DNA of 64,000 bases from Bilabrum cf. latius (lineage: Eukaryota): contig OZ237744.1 of assembly GCA_965178125.1 (NCBI GenBank), positions 558,001-622,000 of the forward strand. The letters run 5' to 3'. Positions within the stretch are counted from its first letter, which is position 1. Each line of letters opens with the position of its first letter. Shown here one piece after another: positions 23,064 through 35,800 of the stretch. The translations under genes were made by a program, and so were the position numbers. The notes beneath the pieces are model-generated. The model saw only the letters and a list, made by a program, of their open reading frames with translations, ran no database searches and was not told the DNA's origin.

Positions 23064-26000
23064 ATGGTTAGCCTGTCGTCTGCCAGCCATATTGGAGTGG
23101 ACGAGCTCAATGCAATGGCTCAGGCTTTATATAACCCCGTAAGTGGTGATCATCAGTGTGCTGCTTGCTCATGGATCGATGTCCAGCTACGTGCGGCAGT
23201 TGCTGCCCTCATCACCCCCCCTTCTCAGCATACGAACCGCAACCCGGAGGCGTACAGCGGGTTACACCGTACTTTGTGTGCACCGTATGTGCATGTTTGC
23301 TCGGTGCAACCAACAGCGCCGAGCTGTCCCCCGCTTTGTGCCGTGCAAGGGATTTACAAGCCTGTAGCACAAAGCTCCGCCGGTGCCCAAGCCCCGCGGG
23401 TAAATATCGTTGATGTCGGCGGGCGTCTGGAGTTAGAAACTGATCTTAGGTCTAAAACTTTGCTCGGGATCGGACTGCAAGCGCTGTTTGCCATTGCAGA
23501 GGAGAATCGCGGGTGAGTGAAAGGGATAGGTTCAATTGGATGCAAGGATGTGTTAAGATATAATCTTGCTTGCACCAACTTTGAGCAGATACTATATTGA
23601 CTGGCGCAGGTACTTGAGCCTTTCAAATGCGCAACACAGCCGGCTGGCCCGGGCGTACCTGCAAGTTTGGAAGGGTACGCTGATTCCAGCAAAGACCGCT
23701 GCTGAGCGAGTGCTCAGCGCGCTTGGTGGCATGGCCGATACATCTTACTCTAGGGACTAGAAGAACGGTCAGAAGCCGACCCCGGAAGAGCTGCTGTCAG
23801 ATGCCAACGAAGTGAGCGGATGGAGTGAAGCCCTGTGCCTTCCCGTGTTGACTTCGGCTGTCACCGATCTCGTCTGATGTTTGCCAAATATTTGCTCAAC
23901 TCCCGCCTACTCCTCTTCGCAGCTTATGAGATTGACTAGATCGGTAATGGTGAAGCGGAACGAACTCACGCCACCATGGGTCGTGCACGTAGTCCGCATG
24001 ATCGTGGAGGCGGCAGCCGGCGTCCCAATCGGCTCTCTGCACGCTTACGTCACAAAAGCAAAGACGCAATCAAGAGACCGTCGTCCCCCAGTTGTTGTGA
24101 GGCACATTGGAGAGTCCCCGCCGCGACAGGGGGATCCCTCAAGCAACTCCAAGGGCAGCGCCGGGAAGCACGTTGGTGCTGCGAGCAGGAGGTAGGCACG
24201 GGAATGGAATGGCAGGTATCAGCACCCGAATCCAAGAAAAGATGAAAGCACATAGCCGCCGCACTCTTCAGGTCGCATTGTCGAGAGTGCTGCGTACTCT
24301 GGTGGGATGGATGGAGGTATCAAGGACGCGGGGTGGGAAGATGATGCTGGTGGTGAGCAGGTGGCAGCGCCCGCTGACGGCGGTCGCGATGCGGTGACCA
24401 TTCGAGTGGGGGAGGAATCTGAATGGAAGGTTCAGCCCGAGGGCCGGTACGCCAATAGCAGGCGAAAACAGTCCGGTGCGAATCAGGGTGAGAATGGAAA
24501 AGGCCCAATACGCCGCAAGAATCCCAAGCACGTTGTGGAGGACGGCCCTGCCCCCCATGAGCCACGAGGAGGTGGAGAGCCCAAGCACGAGCAGCGGGCG
24601 AGACCTCGCAGATAGAGGCCTCCAGCCAGCGACGAAGGAAAGAGTGCTGAGAAGAGAAAAGCGGTGGCTGAGGATCGGCAACGGTTGCAGGAGGCAATGG
24701 ATGCGAAGAAGCAATCCATTCAGGATGAGGCCGACAGCCCCCTGCGTGAGCCAGTGGATGCAACAGCCTCGTCGGATGCGGTCATGCAGCGCGCCCTCGA
24801 CACCCACGACGCTGCCCGCGTTGCCGCGGCCGAGATAGCAAAGGTAAAGGAAGCCAAGGAGAGATTAGAACGTGCTACGATGACCGAGCAGTTCATGGAC
24901 CCCACGCTTCTCTTGTCCGTATTCCTTGGATGTGCCGTGGCTAGCGTGGCGTCGTACTTGCTATACCTATCTCTGATTCCTACGAAGAAGCCCACCGTGG
25001 CCACTTTTGCTCATGGAGCAGAGAGTAGCGATGCAGTGGAAAGGAGTATGTCTGCCCAGTAGCGGAAGATCTACGAGAAGGCCGTTGAGTCACAAGTAAT
25101 CGACAAATCGAATTTGGAAGGTAGTCCACTTGCCCCGACTGGTGCTGAAGCCGACGCGGCTGTGGCTAAATGGAATGATGAAGCTAGGCAAGATGCAATC
25201 TAGCTTGCTGTGAAGCACGGCGATCGATAGAGCGGGTGTCCCTTCCTTTCAGGCGAGGTAGGTATCGATAAGATTGAAACTGCCGCTGCCGTTGACTCGG
25301 ACGAAAGTGATGGACTAGGCCTTGTGTCACGCCCCGTCACCACTGCGGACGAACCGCCAGTGCCCAAGCGTAGATCTTTGAATCAAGGAGCCGAAGCAGG
25401 GTCTGCTGACGCTGCTAGCATAAGTCCACCGTGTGGCAGCCCGGCATCGGAGGATACTTCTGCCCCGAAGCAGCAGCAGACAGCTGTCGCCCCTAGCTCG
25501 GCCTCCACTGGTTCTAGAAAGGAGAGGCCCGACTCTGAGAGGAATGCATCGCCTACTGGTGTGTCTAGCAAGAGAAAACGTGGCAAGCGAGGTGGCCGGA
25601 AAGGCAGGGTCAGCGGCGGTGACACCGAGCCCAGGTTTGTACCACCGACCAGTAAGGGGTCTGGCGCAGCAGCTGGTACGAGTCAGGGTGACACCGAGCC
25701 CAGGCTTGTACCACCGACCAGTAAGGGGTCTGGCGCAGCAGCTGGTTCGAGCCAGGGTCCCCAAGATCGGCAAACTGAAGGCGCAAATGCCAGACGACAG
25801 GGAGACGCGAAAGAAGTTTCCAAGCTATCAGCAGATGCCAAGCCGGCGCAGCACGGTTAGGCAAGCGAGGCTCCACGAGCGGCCAAGGCAGGCAAGGCAC
25901 CAGGGGCGGCCAGGTCAAGCGAGGCTCCACGAGCTGCAAAGGCAAGCGAGGCTCCACGAGCGGCCAAGGCAGGCAAGGCACCAGGGGCGGCCAGGTCAAG

Positions 26001-27903
26001 CGAGGCTCCACGAGCTGCAAAGGCAAGCGAGGCTCCACGAGCTGCAAAGGCAAGCGAGGCTCCACGAGCGGCCAAGGCAGGCAAGGATCCACGGGCTGCC
26101 AGGTCAAGCGAGGCTCCACAAGCTGTTGTGGACGGAAGAATCGATAAGCGAACAGCTGAGAAGCAACAAGATATAGTCCGTCCGACGAGATTACCAGCTG
26201 TAGAGACGGGCGGGGCCAACGCCCGCCGGGCTGGTGCTGTAGAACCAAACGGAAGCTAGCCAGGGAGGAGGGCAGCCAACGATGATAAGCTCCGTGTGAA
26301 GCAAGCAGAAAAGGATGCTGGTGCACCGTAGAAGCCGAGATCATAGTTGTAGGGTAAGAAAGACACGCAGTCATCCCAGGGCAAAGCCAGCAAAACCGGT
26401 AGGCAGGCCAGCGGCAAGCGAGTTCCCATCTCGCTAGGTGTCCGCAAGGACCGGGTGGATGGCAGAGAGTATGAGGCCAAGCTTCTTGCTCAGCTTTCTG
26501 CATCCTCCAAATTGCCTGACGGCCCCAGACGCCGGGTGCGCCAGGCGCGAAAGAGAGAGTCTTCGTCTTCACCTACTGATGGTCCTCTGATGGTGTCTGG
26601 GAGATAGGCGGAGCCTTCTGCGGCTTCTACGATGGATTTTGTTTTTGCTAGAGGCAGCAACGCCTCCTCGCCCAGGCAGGGAGGATCCGGTGGGGCAAAT
26701 GGCGCTGCATCACCTGCAAGCACTTCTTCGTCTCCCAACGCACGGGACGAAGGTCCTGCATTTGCAGCGGCAAATACCCGTGGTAGCCTTCCTGGTCATC
26801 CCCAGGAGCCCGGTCACGACCGTATCATTGTAAAGAATGGCTACGTGTATGAGTTGCGAAGCGACGGTGATTATGGAGAAGGTTACTACGTGGTTGGTCC
26901 GGCTGCTGCATTGCCTGCTGTGGCGCAGGCAGAGATGCCTCAAGTGGACACGAGTAGCGGGACTGCGACTGCAGAGCAATTGCCAGAGCTGGACAATGAG
27001 GCAGACAACGTCGGCGTCAGTGACGGCGCTTCATCTGCTATTGCCAGCGTGGTTGGAATCGGTGCCGGAGTCCGCGCGTCGTCAGCAGTGTCACCTTCGA
27101 GCCAGTCGACAGGGGACGGCAGCGTGGACGGCCGCGCCTCGTCGGCTGCAGGCCACTCGCAGACTAGCGGCCTCGGTCGGACGGCGAGATCATCTAGCGT
27201 GGTCACAGCAGGCTCTGCTGTCGCCGGACTCCAAGAGACCCCAACCATTCCAGCTGATGCGCGTGGGATTTCTCCAGACCAGCTCGCCTCGCTTCCACAG
27301 CATATTCAATCCGCATCGGTCCTCTCCAGCGGAGCCCACGTCCAGGTTGCTGGAACCGGCATGATGCCGGGCGGGGCGTTGCCGGGCGGCGCCCCTCCGG
27401 GACTGCCCACAATGGGACACGTCCCGCATGTTGCCATGCAGCAACTGCCATTTGCTAGCCCCGGTATGGTTGTGCCTGGTGGACTGCCTCTGCCCCCGCA
27501 AGCAATGCCTGTCGGTATGCCAGCTGGCGTCATGCCAACGTTCGGAATGGCCGGGTACCCAGTCGCCCCAGCTATTGGTGGTGGTTTCATGCCGCAATCT
27601 GCCCAAATGACCCAGCAGGTCGCCCCGTAGCAAGTCGCCCCGGTTGCGATGGGCCACGAGCAGCTCGGCCTCATCCGCCAGCAGGTGGAGTACTACTTTT
27701 CGGATGAAAACTTGGCCAAGGACGAGTTCCTGCGCTTGAAAATGGGCCCGGATGGATTTGTTCCGATCGACTTGGTGTGCAGCTTTAGAAAGATGGCCAA
27801 GCTCGGTGCCACGGCTGGCGCTGTGATCCAGGCTTTGCACACGTCGAGCAAGGTGCAGGTGGGAAGGACTGCGACTGGCTTAGGACTCGGAAGGCGCGGC
27901 TGA
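23064..27903 (+). CDS. Large low-complexity protein with one predicted TM segment and a C-terminal La motif (multi-exon 5' end)
   Basis: Phase-consistent introns at 23513..23609 and 23812..23922, and possibly 23139..23228. From 23923 a single frame with only TAG interruptions runs to TGA 27901. La motif 'IRQQVEYYFSDENLAKDEFLRLKMGPDGFVPIDLVCSFRKM'. Confidence 0.7.
25618..25755 (+). repeat. 69-bp tandem duplication (coding)
   Basis: Two near-identical copies encoding GDTEPR(F/L)VPPTSKGSGAAAG(T/S)SQ. Confidence 0.9.
25862..26118 (+). repeat. Compound coding tandem repeat (SEAPRAAKA / GKAPGAARS units)
   Basis: Repeated CAAGCGAGGCTCCACGAGC-containing 27-bp units, interspersed with GGCAAGGCACCAGGGGCGGCCAGGT units. 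Confidence 0.9.
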
Positions 27904-27984
27904 GCTCGCCCGTCCCTATTGTTGAATTTTGTACAAGTGTTGTATCTTGTTTCTCGGCTGTTTCACAAGGTTGCAGTGCTAACT

Positions 27985-30732
27985 TCAACCTGGCTGACCA
28001 CCACCTGTATCCCGTGGATCGCTGCGAACACCAACCCATGCGGACCGCAGCATGTTCCTCATAAACTCGCACCCGAATCGCAGGGTCATTACCCTTGCGC
28101 TGTATGCGTCGCACTAACCAGACAGATGCCAGGCAGCAGGGCTCCCGGTGCTTGGCAGACTTTTTGCTTCTCTCAAGCTTGCACTGGCTGCACGGCCCAG
28201 CTTGAGCACTGCTTCCAGCGAGTCGTAGGAGCACGCGGAAGACGCTAGGGACGCGCTGCCATCACCGAGACCACCTGAAGCGAGACTTCCGACTTCGCCC
28301 AGCTGGAGCAGCATGTCTGAGTGTGCCCCTTCCAAGACCTGCCGGGCGAGGTGGTACGTCGCAGGTACATCCGGTACGGCCTGGGCTCGCCTCATCAGCC
28401 CGACCGCCATTGCATCCAAGACACCCCCTCCCGGCACCAGATAGCCGTCTCTGAGTGCACAAGCTAATCTCGCTAGTCCTCGACTCACACGCTCTTGAAG
28501 AAGATGCGATCCTCCGGTGGAGGGGTGGCGCAGGATGATCTGGATGGGAGCTGATCCTCCGGCCGAAGCCACGTCGACGGGCCCGATGGCCACCAGCCAC
28601 GGCTGATTCGACGCCGTGTCTGCTTCTCGAGCTGCGACATCACGCCTTCTTGCCTCACGAACAGCGGCCCGAAGTTCACCATCAGACCGGAGGAGGACGC
28701 CACCAGATCCAGCGGGTTTGTTCGCTTCCTCTTCTGCGATTCCAGCTCTCACCATCGCTTGCTTTGTTCTCCACGCGCCTCTATATGCATCCGAGGTGCC
28801 GCTTGGAAGTTTTGCGGCATTCGCCCCCGAGGACTGCGACAGTTTCGTTACCCTGCCACCAGAAGCTCGCTCCAGCTCGGCCCAGTCCACGCCGTGACCC
28901 GCACTCGCTGAAGCGAGGGGCTTGCCCGACCTCCGAAGCGCTTTAGCTGCAGCACTCAGCACGCGGCTACCTACCCCCGAATCAGGAGGCGCCACTGCTT
29001 TGCCTCCAAGAGCAGTATCTCCCGCGGTGAACCCGCCGGTTGCCACCTCGACTACCACCTCGGGAGCATGGCGCACCAGCCCTGACCTGCCACCCCTGAC
29101 ACCGCCGACGGGTCCAGCCTACAGGTGGTACCACTTGCAGGCAAGCAGCTCTGCCGTGCTGGCAGGAAAAGGACCACTGAGACCTACGGCCGTGGCAAGA
29201 GCTGCAAACTCACGGGATCCTACGTCTGGCAGCACTAGGATCCCTCGAGCAGAGCACTGCTCCATCGCCGCCGCAGCTGCTGGCCCAGAGCACACGACGA
29301 AGGATATGCCCCGCCCGTGCAGCTCGCCGCCAATATCCACGAAATTATATGTACTCTCAGACTCTGTGTCGTCCTCAGTTTTGCGACCAGCTGCAATCGA
29401 TGCGGCAGCTCGAGCAGTGCCAACAGCGTCGCCATCAGTACAAGCAGCATGGTCCGAGTCAGGAAGCTCTCCACAACTAGATTCCGGTGCTGCATTGCTA
29501 TGCATTCCTTTGCACTAGAGTGAAGTTACCCGCCTGGCAGGCACTGTGCTAGGGCCCGTGTCCCTGACGCGCACCACAGCATCAGCTGCCAGGCTCTCGG
29601 CAAGCGGGGACACGTGCTACGAGGTACAATCCAAGTGGCCATCGACTAAGGCGACCCGTCCTCGTCGAGACATGACGTCTCGGCTAAAACTATGAAGCCA
29701 GCGAGGACGGCACTTGTGTGATACTCCGGAACCAATCTCGCCCGTGGCTTTGTTCCTGTTCCATTCCGACACACACGCACTCACCCAAGGCAGCTCCACC
29801 GGGTGCACGAAACCGGCCCAGCCCTCAAACACGCAGCTGCGCTCGGACCGCCCGCTCGTCCTCAGCGTGCGAATCCTGGGCAAGATCGTAGAGTGTGCGC
29901 TCTTCATCAGCTGCTTCAATACAATTCCCGCGGGCCCGGGGTGCGCCTGTGGCCCCAGCCGCGAGAGAGAGCGACTCAAACCAGGGGCTCGCGACCGCTG
30001 CACCGCGCCCTCCAGCGCCAACGTGAAAGCTCTTGCGACAACGCGTGATACGCACGATTCTGGTCCCAGAGACGCCTCCCGTGCCCTGCCTTGCGCGTGG
30101 TTGCTTCTGCAGAGAAGGCACGAGAGCCGCGACAACAGACCGGCCACGGACGGTTTCGGTCCGGCTAGGGCGGAGAGAGAGGATGTCGCCGAGAAGCGCT
30201 GCCACTCTGAAACAATGGCATCAGTGAGTGTCTCGAAATGCACGGTGGCTTCCGCGGCGGTGTTGGCACCGTGTGCGCTTGCTAGCTGGCTCCAGCGGGC
30301 CAGCAGGAACCCAGTGTAGGTCAAGGCAGTCGTGAGCCCACATCCACAACTCTTCTCGGCCCCTTCAATGATATTGCGCAGTATAACTTCGACTCGGAAA
30401 TGCTGAGCAACCTCTTCCGAAGTACGGCATCTGCTCCGCAGCACTGACAGTCGTCCCAGTACTGCGGTTGATGCCGATGCACTCAGTACCGTCCCATTCC
30501 GCTCATCATCAGGGTCCGTGCAATCCCCAGGAGCATCTGCGAGGAACCGATTTATTGCAGTCGCGCATGCGATATGCAAAACCTTACGGGGCAATCTTGT
30601 AGCGGCGAACCGTGATCCAGGCTTACCGTGCACGATTTTGCAAGCGTCTGGGCTTCCGAAGAGTGTAGATACAGTCTACGTCGCAAGACTACATAGTTCA
30701 ATAAACTGCTTTTGGACTGTTGCACCACTCAT
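27985..30732 (-). CDS. Divergent group II chaperonin-like protein (BBS6/BBS10/BBS12 type)
   Basis: One frame with TAG at 30676, 29617, 29515, 29119 and 28114. ATG 30732, TGA 27985. 'STLFGSPDACKIV', degenerate ATP motif 'GCGLTT', 'IILRHP...LVPGGG', and C-terminal 'DAYSARVMTL'. Confidence 0.6.
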
Positions 30733-30753
30733 TTAGCTGGGCATGTGCCGAGT

Positions 30754-32106
30754 ATGCCACTAAACAAAGCTTGGTTCCGCAATGCACGGAAGGGCAACTG
30801 CGGCCCAACAGAACTGAAGGCCAGCATGGCTACCCCACTTGCGATAGCAACGGCAGCGGCTAGGAACAGTAAATCATTGAGCGTGAAACGTTTGCTGTCA
30901 AAGCCGTCAATCATTACCTTGGGGGGATTGAACGCGTCAACTCACCAGTTTGCTCCTATTCATCTGGCCCTGTGGCGCTCTGGTCGCTTCGGCGTGTTTC
31001 CAGTACACTACGACGGATTTAATTATGGGATCGATGAGAACGGTGCAGCTTTGGCGAAGCTTATAGAGCGTAGGCTGGAGCGGCACGGCGACGAGCCACA
31101 CTGTCGCGAATCACGGCTGCATTTTGTCACACATTCGTACGGTGCGCTGGTACTACGGTCAGCTATGCGCTAGATAGGATGGGATGGAAAGGGCTGCAGA
31201 GTTGTGATGATTGCTCCGTGTAACCGGGGATCCGTGCTCGCAAGACGACTGTGCGATTGGAACTGCGGATCGCTGCTGCTTGGTTCTTTGGCTGCCAAGG
31301 AGCTCGGGTAGAACAACGAGGCATATTTTGATGAAATTGGCGACATGCCCAAGCTTGCAAAAGTGCGCGTGATTGCGGGCACCGGGGGCTTCGGGAACCC
31401 GCTTCTTCCGCGGGGCTCGAGCCACGACGGGCGTGTGCTTGTCTCGGAAACTAAGCTGCGCACGCCGCACGACCACTTTAGGGTGCGATCGACGCACGGT
31501 TTCATGATGTATCACCCCCGTGTAGTCCGCATGACCAAGGACTTCATCCACGGCACCGATCGTGGCCTGGCAGCTTGGTCCAGCAGATCAAGGGAAGACG
31601 AAGACTACCTCTCCTCAACCTCGAGCCCCCGTCGCCGGACTGGGGAGGATCATGATGACAGCGATGAAGACGAGGACTCGGGGGGGCCGGGAGCAGCGGT
31701 GGCAGCTGTTGCTGAAGCTGTGCGAATGGGCGCCGGGTCCGGCGAGGAGCTCAAGGTCGACGAGCGAGACAGGGAGCAGGCGGAGAGGGTGCGGGAGCGG
31801 AGGAGGAGGAGGAGGAGTGCGAGGGGGCGAGACCTTCGCGCGATGCAGGCGGAGGGATCAAAACATGGTTCGGAGTTAGAGTGCGATGCTGCTCTGTCAA
31901 GAAGCTGCCGCGCGGGAGTAATTGCTGGCTCAGAGGGAAAACAGTGTGGCCTGGAGTCTCCCGCCAGCGGCGTGCCGATTCCGATGGTGCTCTAGTAGGC
32001 AGCAGAGCACGGCCGGCGGGAGCCTTGCATGGTACCCTGCCGCGCTCTGCTGCCTGGTATGCAAGCTTGGCGCGCGGAGCACATGCCACCAGAGGCGTTT
32101 GTATGA
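30754..32106 (+). CDS. Alpha/beta hydrolase (lipase/PGAP1-like)
   Basis: Nucleophile elbow 'HFVTHSYGALVLR', 'VVMIAPCNRGS', 'HDGRV', 'STHGFM'. TAG at 31171, 31309, 31993 and 31996; TGA at 32104. Confidence 0.8.
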
Positions 32107-32825
32107 GAGTGAGGCGTGCTCGATGGGCAATACTCGCAGCTCAGCTTGTGCTCAGTCAACGAGGGAAACTGAATGAGACATATCGAGGCCTGTACGGAGA
32201 TGCCTGCCGGCTGCCTCTCGGTCCATAGTTGCGACGTATCGGTTCGATTTGGGCAGCCTCTGTTGCGACGGTGATGGGCTCTTGCGGGTGGATAGATGGG
32301 TGGTTCCCGAGGAAGCTCGCTGCGACCGTGCTGGAATGGTAGCTGCCAGCAGTGCCATCGTGCGAGCACTTCAACTTGGCGAACGCTCGCTAACAGAGCT
32401 CGGTTCAGCGTGTCGAGCCTTGGGAGAGGATGGTGTGGTGCTGCTCTCTTGGAGGGAACACTAGCGCCGCGCGAAATTGTTTGGGCAGAGTCGTTTTGGT
32501 TTCCCAGCAACTTCTGGGAAACGGACAACAGCGCCAACGGTTGGAAATTGGTTTGGCGAGAGTCAGGCTCAGGGGCGGTGCATGTCTTACAACAGATGCC
32601 ACACAGTAGCCATTGTATGTAATCGTCCGACTAGCAAATATGCATGGCATGAAACTTGCCATGCACCCTCCTGTGCGTGGTGTTTACTTTGCGCGTCTTT
32701 CCGTGATACTTCCTGCGGAACCTGTGCGCGGCGCCTTCGCTCGCCAAATGGATGACAACTCACTCATTATTCCATCAACTTCGGGACGGAGCTTGTGTAG
32801 CTTGCCCGGATTTTGCAGGAATAGG

Positions 32826-35800
32826 ATGCAGTTTTTCCGCTAGCTCTTCTTGCTGCTATGTAAGATTGCTTGAACCGCAGTATTAGCCAATATGCTGTAG
32901 CCCCAAACGGATCCCTTATTGTGCCTCTATGAACCTAGTATACTCCGCAGGGAAGAACTTCCTCCTGAAGATACGATCGCCAATCTCGTTGTGCTGCGAG
33001 TTAGGCTTACCTCTCGGACTCATTGGTATATTTGCTCTTCTGTGAGAAGCGTTTCTGTAATAAATCCCCGCATCTTGCGGAATCTCTGCTACATCACGCG
33101 CCCTTAGAACCTCGCTTCGATCATGCCAAACTTCTATAATTTGCAGTTATTTTGCTTTTGAAGTAACCGAGTTCAAGGTTAGATTGCCTAGCCGCGGCAG
33201 ACATCTCTACGGGACGGTGCACTCGTGTTTCGCCGCAATTTTGCTTGGCGGCGTTCATCCCGATTACTGGCCTGACGCCTTGTCACCCTCCCGCCGCAGA
33301 CCTAGCAATACTTGAGCGATGAGCAAAGCGTGGAGCCGTTCTGTAAGAATTCGAAAATGGTGTGCGCCACGATGATTGATCACGTCGTCTACCAGTGGTT
33401 GCCCGAGCCACCACCCTAATGCTTGCAGCTGCCGTTTCCGTCGCGCCTGCATGCATCAATACTCTTTATACTAACTAACGATCACTTGTACTGTTGCAGT
33501 CGTGCTGCCGAGGCGGATGCAGCTGTACGATTGGAGAATCGGTCTGGTGGCCTCGGGGGGACAGTCGACCGTTGATCTGAGAGACAATTTCGTGACGTGG
33601 GTGAGGGGTATTATCAATTCGCTATGAGTTGCGCATGGATGCTAATGGGCATGAACCTATTCATTCTAGAAGGCCCGCCCCACACAAACACGTCACAGCG
33701 TGATAGCGTGTGTTCTTGCGCCGTTGACCGGCCCGCAAAAAGCGCGTGTTGGCGTTCATTCGTTCATATTATGAAAGATGCATATTTCGTATCGTATTCC
33801 TCTATCGCAGATGTCGACGGCGCACCCAGCGTTCAACGGAACCGAGGCTGGCTTCCTGACAGAGCCGTTCCGGAACCTCAACGTCCCGGCCTTCGCTGAC
33901 GTGATTCGCACGTTTGACTCAGGCAGGGAGTTCGATAACTACGTGAAGAACAACGAGTATGCGTCTCGCGGCGACCGCCCCCGCGTGTGGGCTGCCATCG
34001 ACTTCGAATCCTTCGACGCAAACTCTGGAGCAGTGCGCTACAAGCTGCGATTTAACATCACCGACATGCAGGACACCTTCGAGACGCTGGACCCGGTGCA
34101 GCGGGAGCCGTTCATTGAGTCTCAGAATAACTTCATCCAGGTGATTCCCGAGGAGAACGACTACGAGGACGTGCCCGAAGCCCACCTCGAGACCCCCGCA
34201 GACAGAGAGGCCATCAGGAGGCCCATGCCGAGTGCCTCTACACTACAGAGGGAAGTGGACCGGTTCCTCATCCAGAGGCGGCTGGATCCCACCGTCTTGC
34301 CGAACATCAACGTGGAGACCGTGAACGAGATCGTCGGGTCTGCCTTCTTCCAGCTCGGCTTCAACTTCACCGAGATCGGGAACGAGCTGGCCGCGCTCGA
34401 GCGCAACAACTTGAGTGACACGGTGCTCGGCGGCCTGGCATTCAACAGCTTCGCCAGCGAGCAGTACCAGCCTCAGTCGGTGTCTGTGATGCCGTTCCCT
34501 ATCTCCGAGTTCGACCAAAACGACTTCTACGGCGTGGTATCGGACCTGCTTCCGTTCTTCTTCATCCTCACGCTCGTGTACCCCATCTCCCAGCTCATCC
34601 GAGGGCTCGTCCTGGAGAAGGAAACGAGGATTCGGGAAGGCATGCAGATGATGGGATTGGGAGAAGGCCCCCTCATCGTGTCGTGGATCCTGACGTACGT
34701 CCTCATCTTCATGCTGCTGGCCATCCTAATCGCTGCCATCACCTCAAACAACATGTTCAAGGAATCGAGCTTCGGCCCCATTTTCTTCCTCTTCTGGATC
34801 CTGGGAATCGCTTCGACCGCGTTCGGGTACTTTGTCAGCGTCTTCTTCAACGGCGCGAGGACGGCCTCCTTCGTTGGTGTGCTCCTTTTCATCGGCATCT
34901 ACTTCCCCTACACCTCCGTGAGCGGGCCCCAGCACGACCTGCCAGCCAAGCGGGCTGCCTCTCTGTGTGCCCCCACCGCCTTCTCCCTCAGCCTCAACCA
35001 GGCCGTACTGTTTGAGCAGCAGGGCCTGGGCGTGGCCTACGACAACTCTGACCTGGAGCTGCAGAACTGGCAGTACGGAATCGGACTCTGGATGATGGTG
35101 ATCGACACGCTCCTCTACCTGTTCCTGGGGTGGTACTTCGACAACGTGCTGCCTTCTTGGTTCCGCCAGTACGGCGTCCCCCGGCCGTTCTACTTCCTGT
35201 GCACTGGCGAGTACTGGGGCGAGGTGTTCGGGGCCGAGGCCGAGATCCACGAGGACGGGGCGCACTCGGACGACAAGAGCCCTTCCATGCGCGTGACGCC
35301 CTCCGGAAAGGTGCGGGATGGCAGGTCCTCCGTGGCCTCCGTGTCAAGCCAGCCCACCAACCCCAACGACGACCCCGCCAAGTACCCCAACATCACCGAC
35401 TACCACCTGGTGCAGCCGCTGCAGATGGAGCAGCGCGAGTCACTGGCTCATAACAAGGGCATCAAGATCAGGGGACTGCGCAAGCAGTTCGGCGACAAGG
35501 TGGCCGTGCATGGCCTCAACTTCGAGCTCATGGAGAACCAGGTCAACTGCCTGCTGGGCCACAACGGTGCGGGTAAGACCACGACCATCGGCATGCTGAC
35601 TGGCCTCATCTCGCCCTCCGCGGGTACTGCCAAGATCTACGGCTACGACATCCGCACCCAGATGTCCGAGATCCGCAAGATTCTCGGCGTATGCCCCCAA
35701 CACGACGTGCTGTGGCCCGAGCTCACCGTGAGTGAGCACTTGAACCTGTACGCGGGCTTCAAGGGGGTCCCCTCGGACAAGGTGAACGAAGAGGTGCAGA

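Noticed and set aside
32107-32825. Additional gene between the hydrolase and ABCA
   Set aside because: Only short ORFs without recognisable motifs or consistent structure, so a gene cannot be supported.
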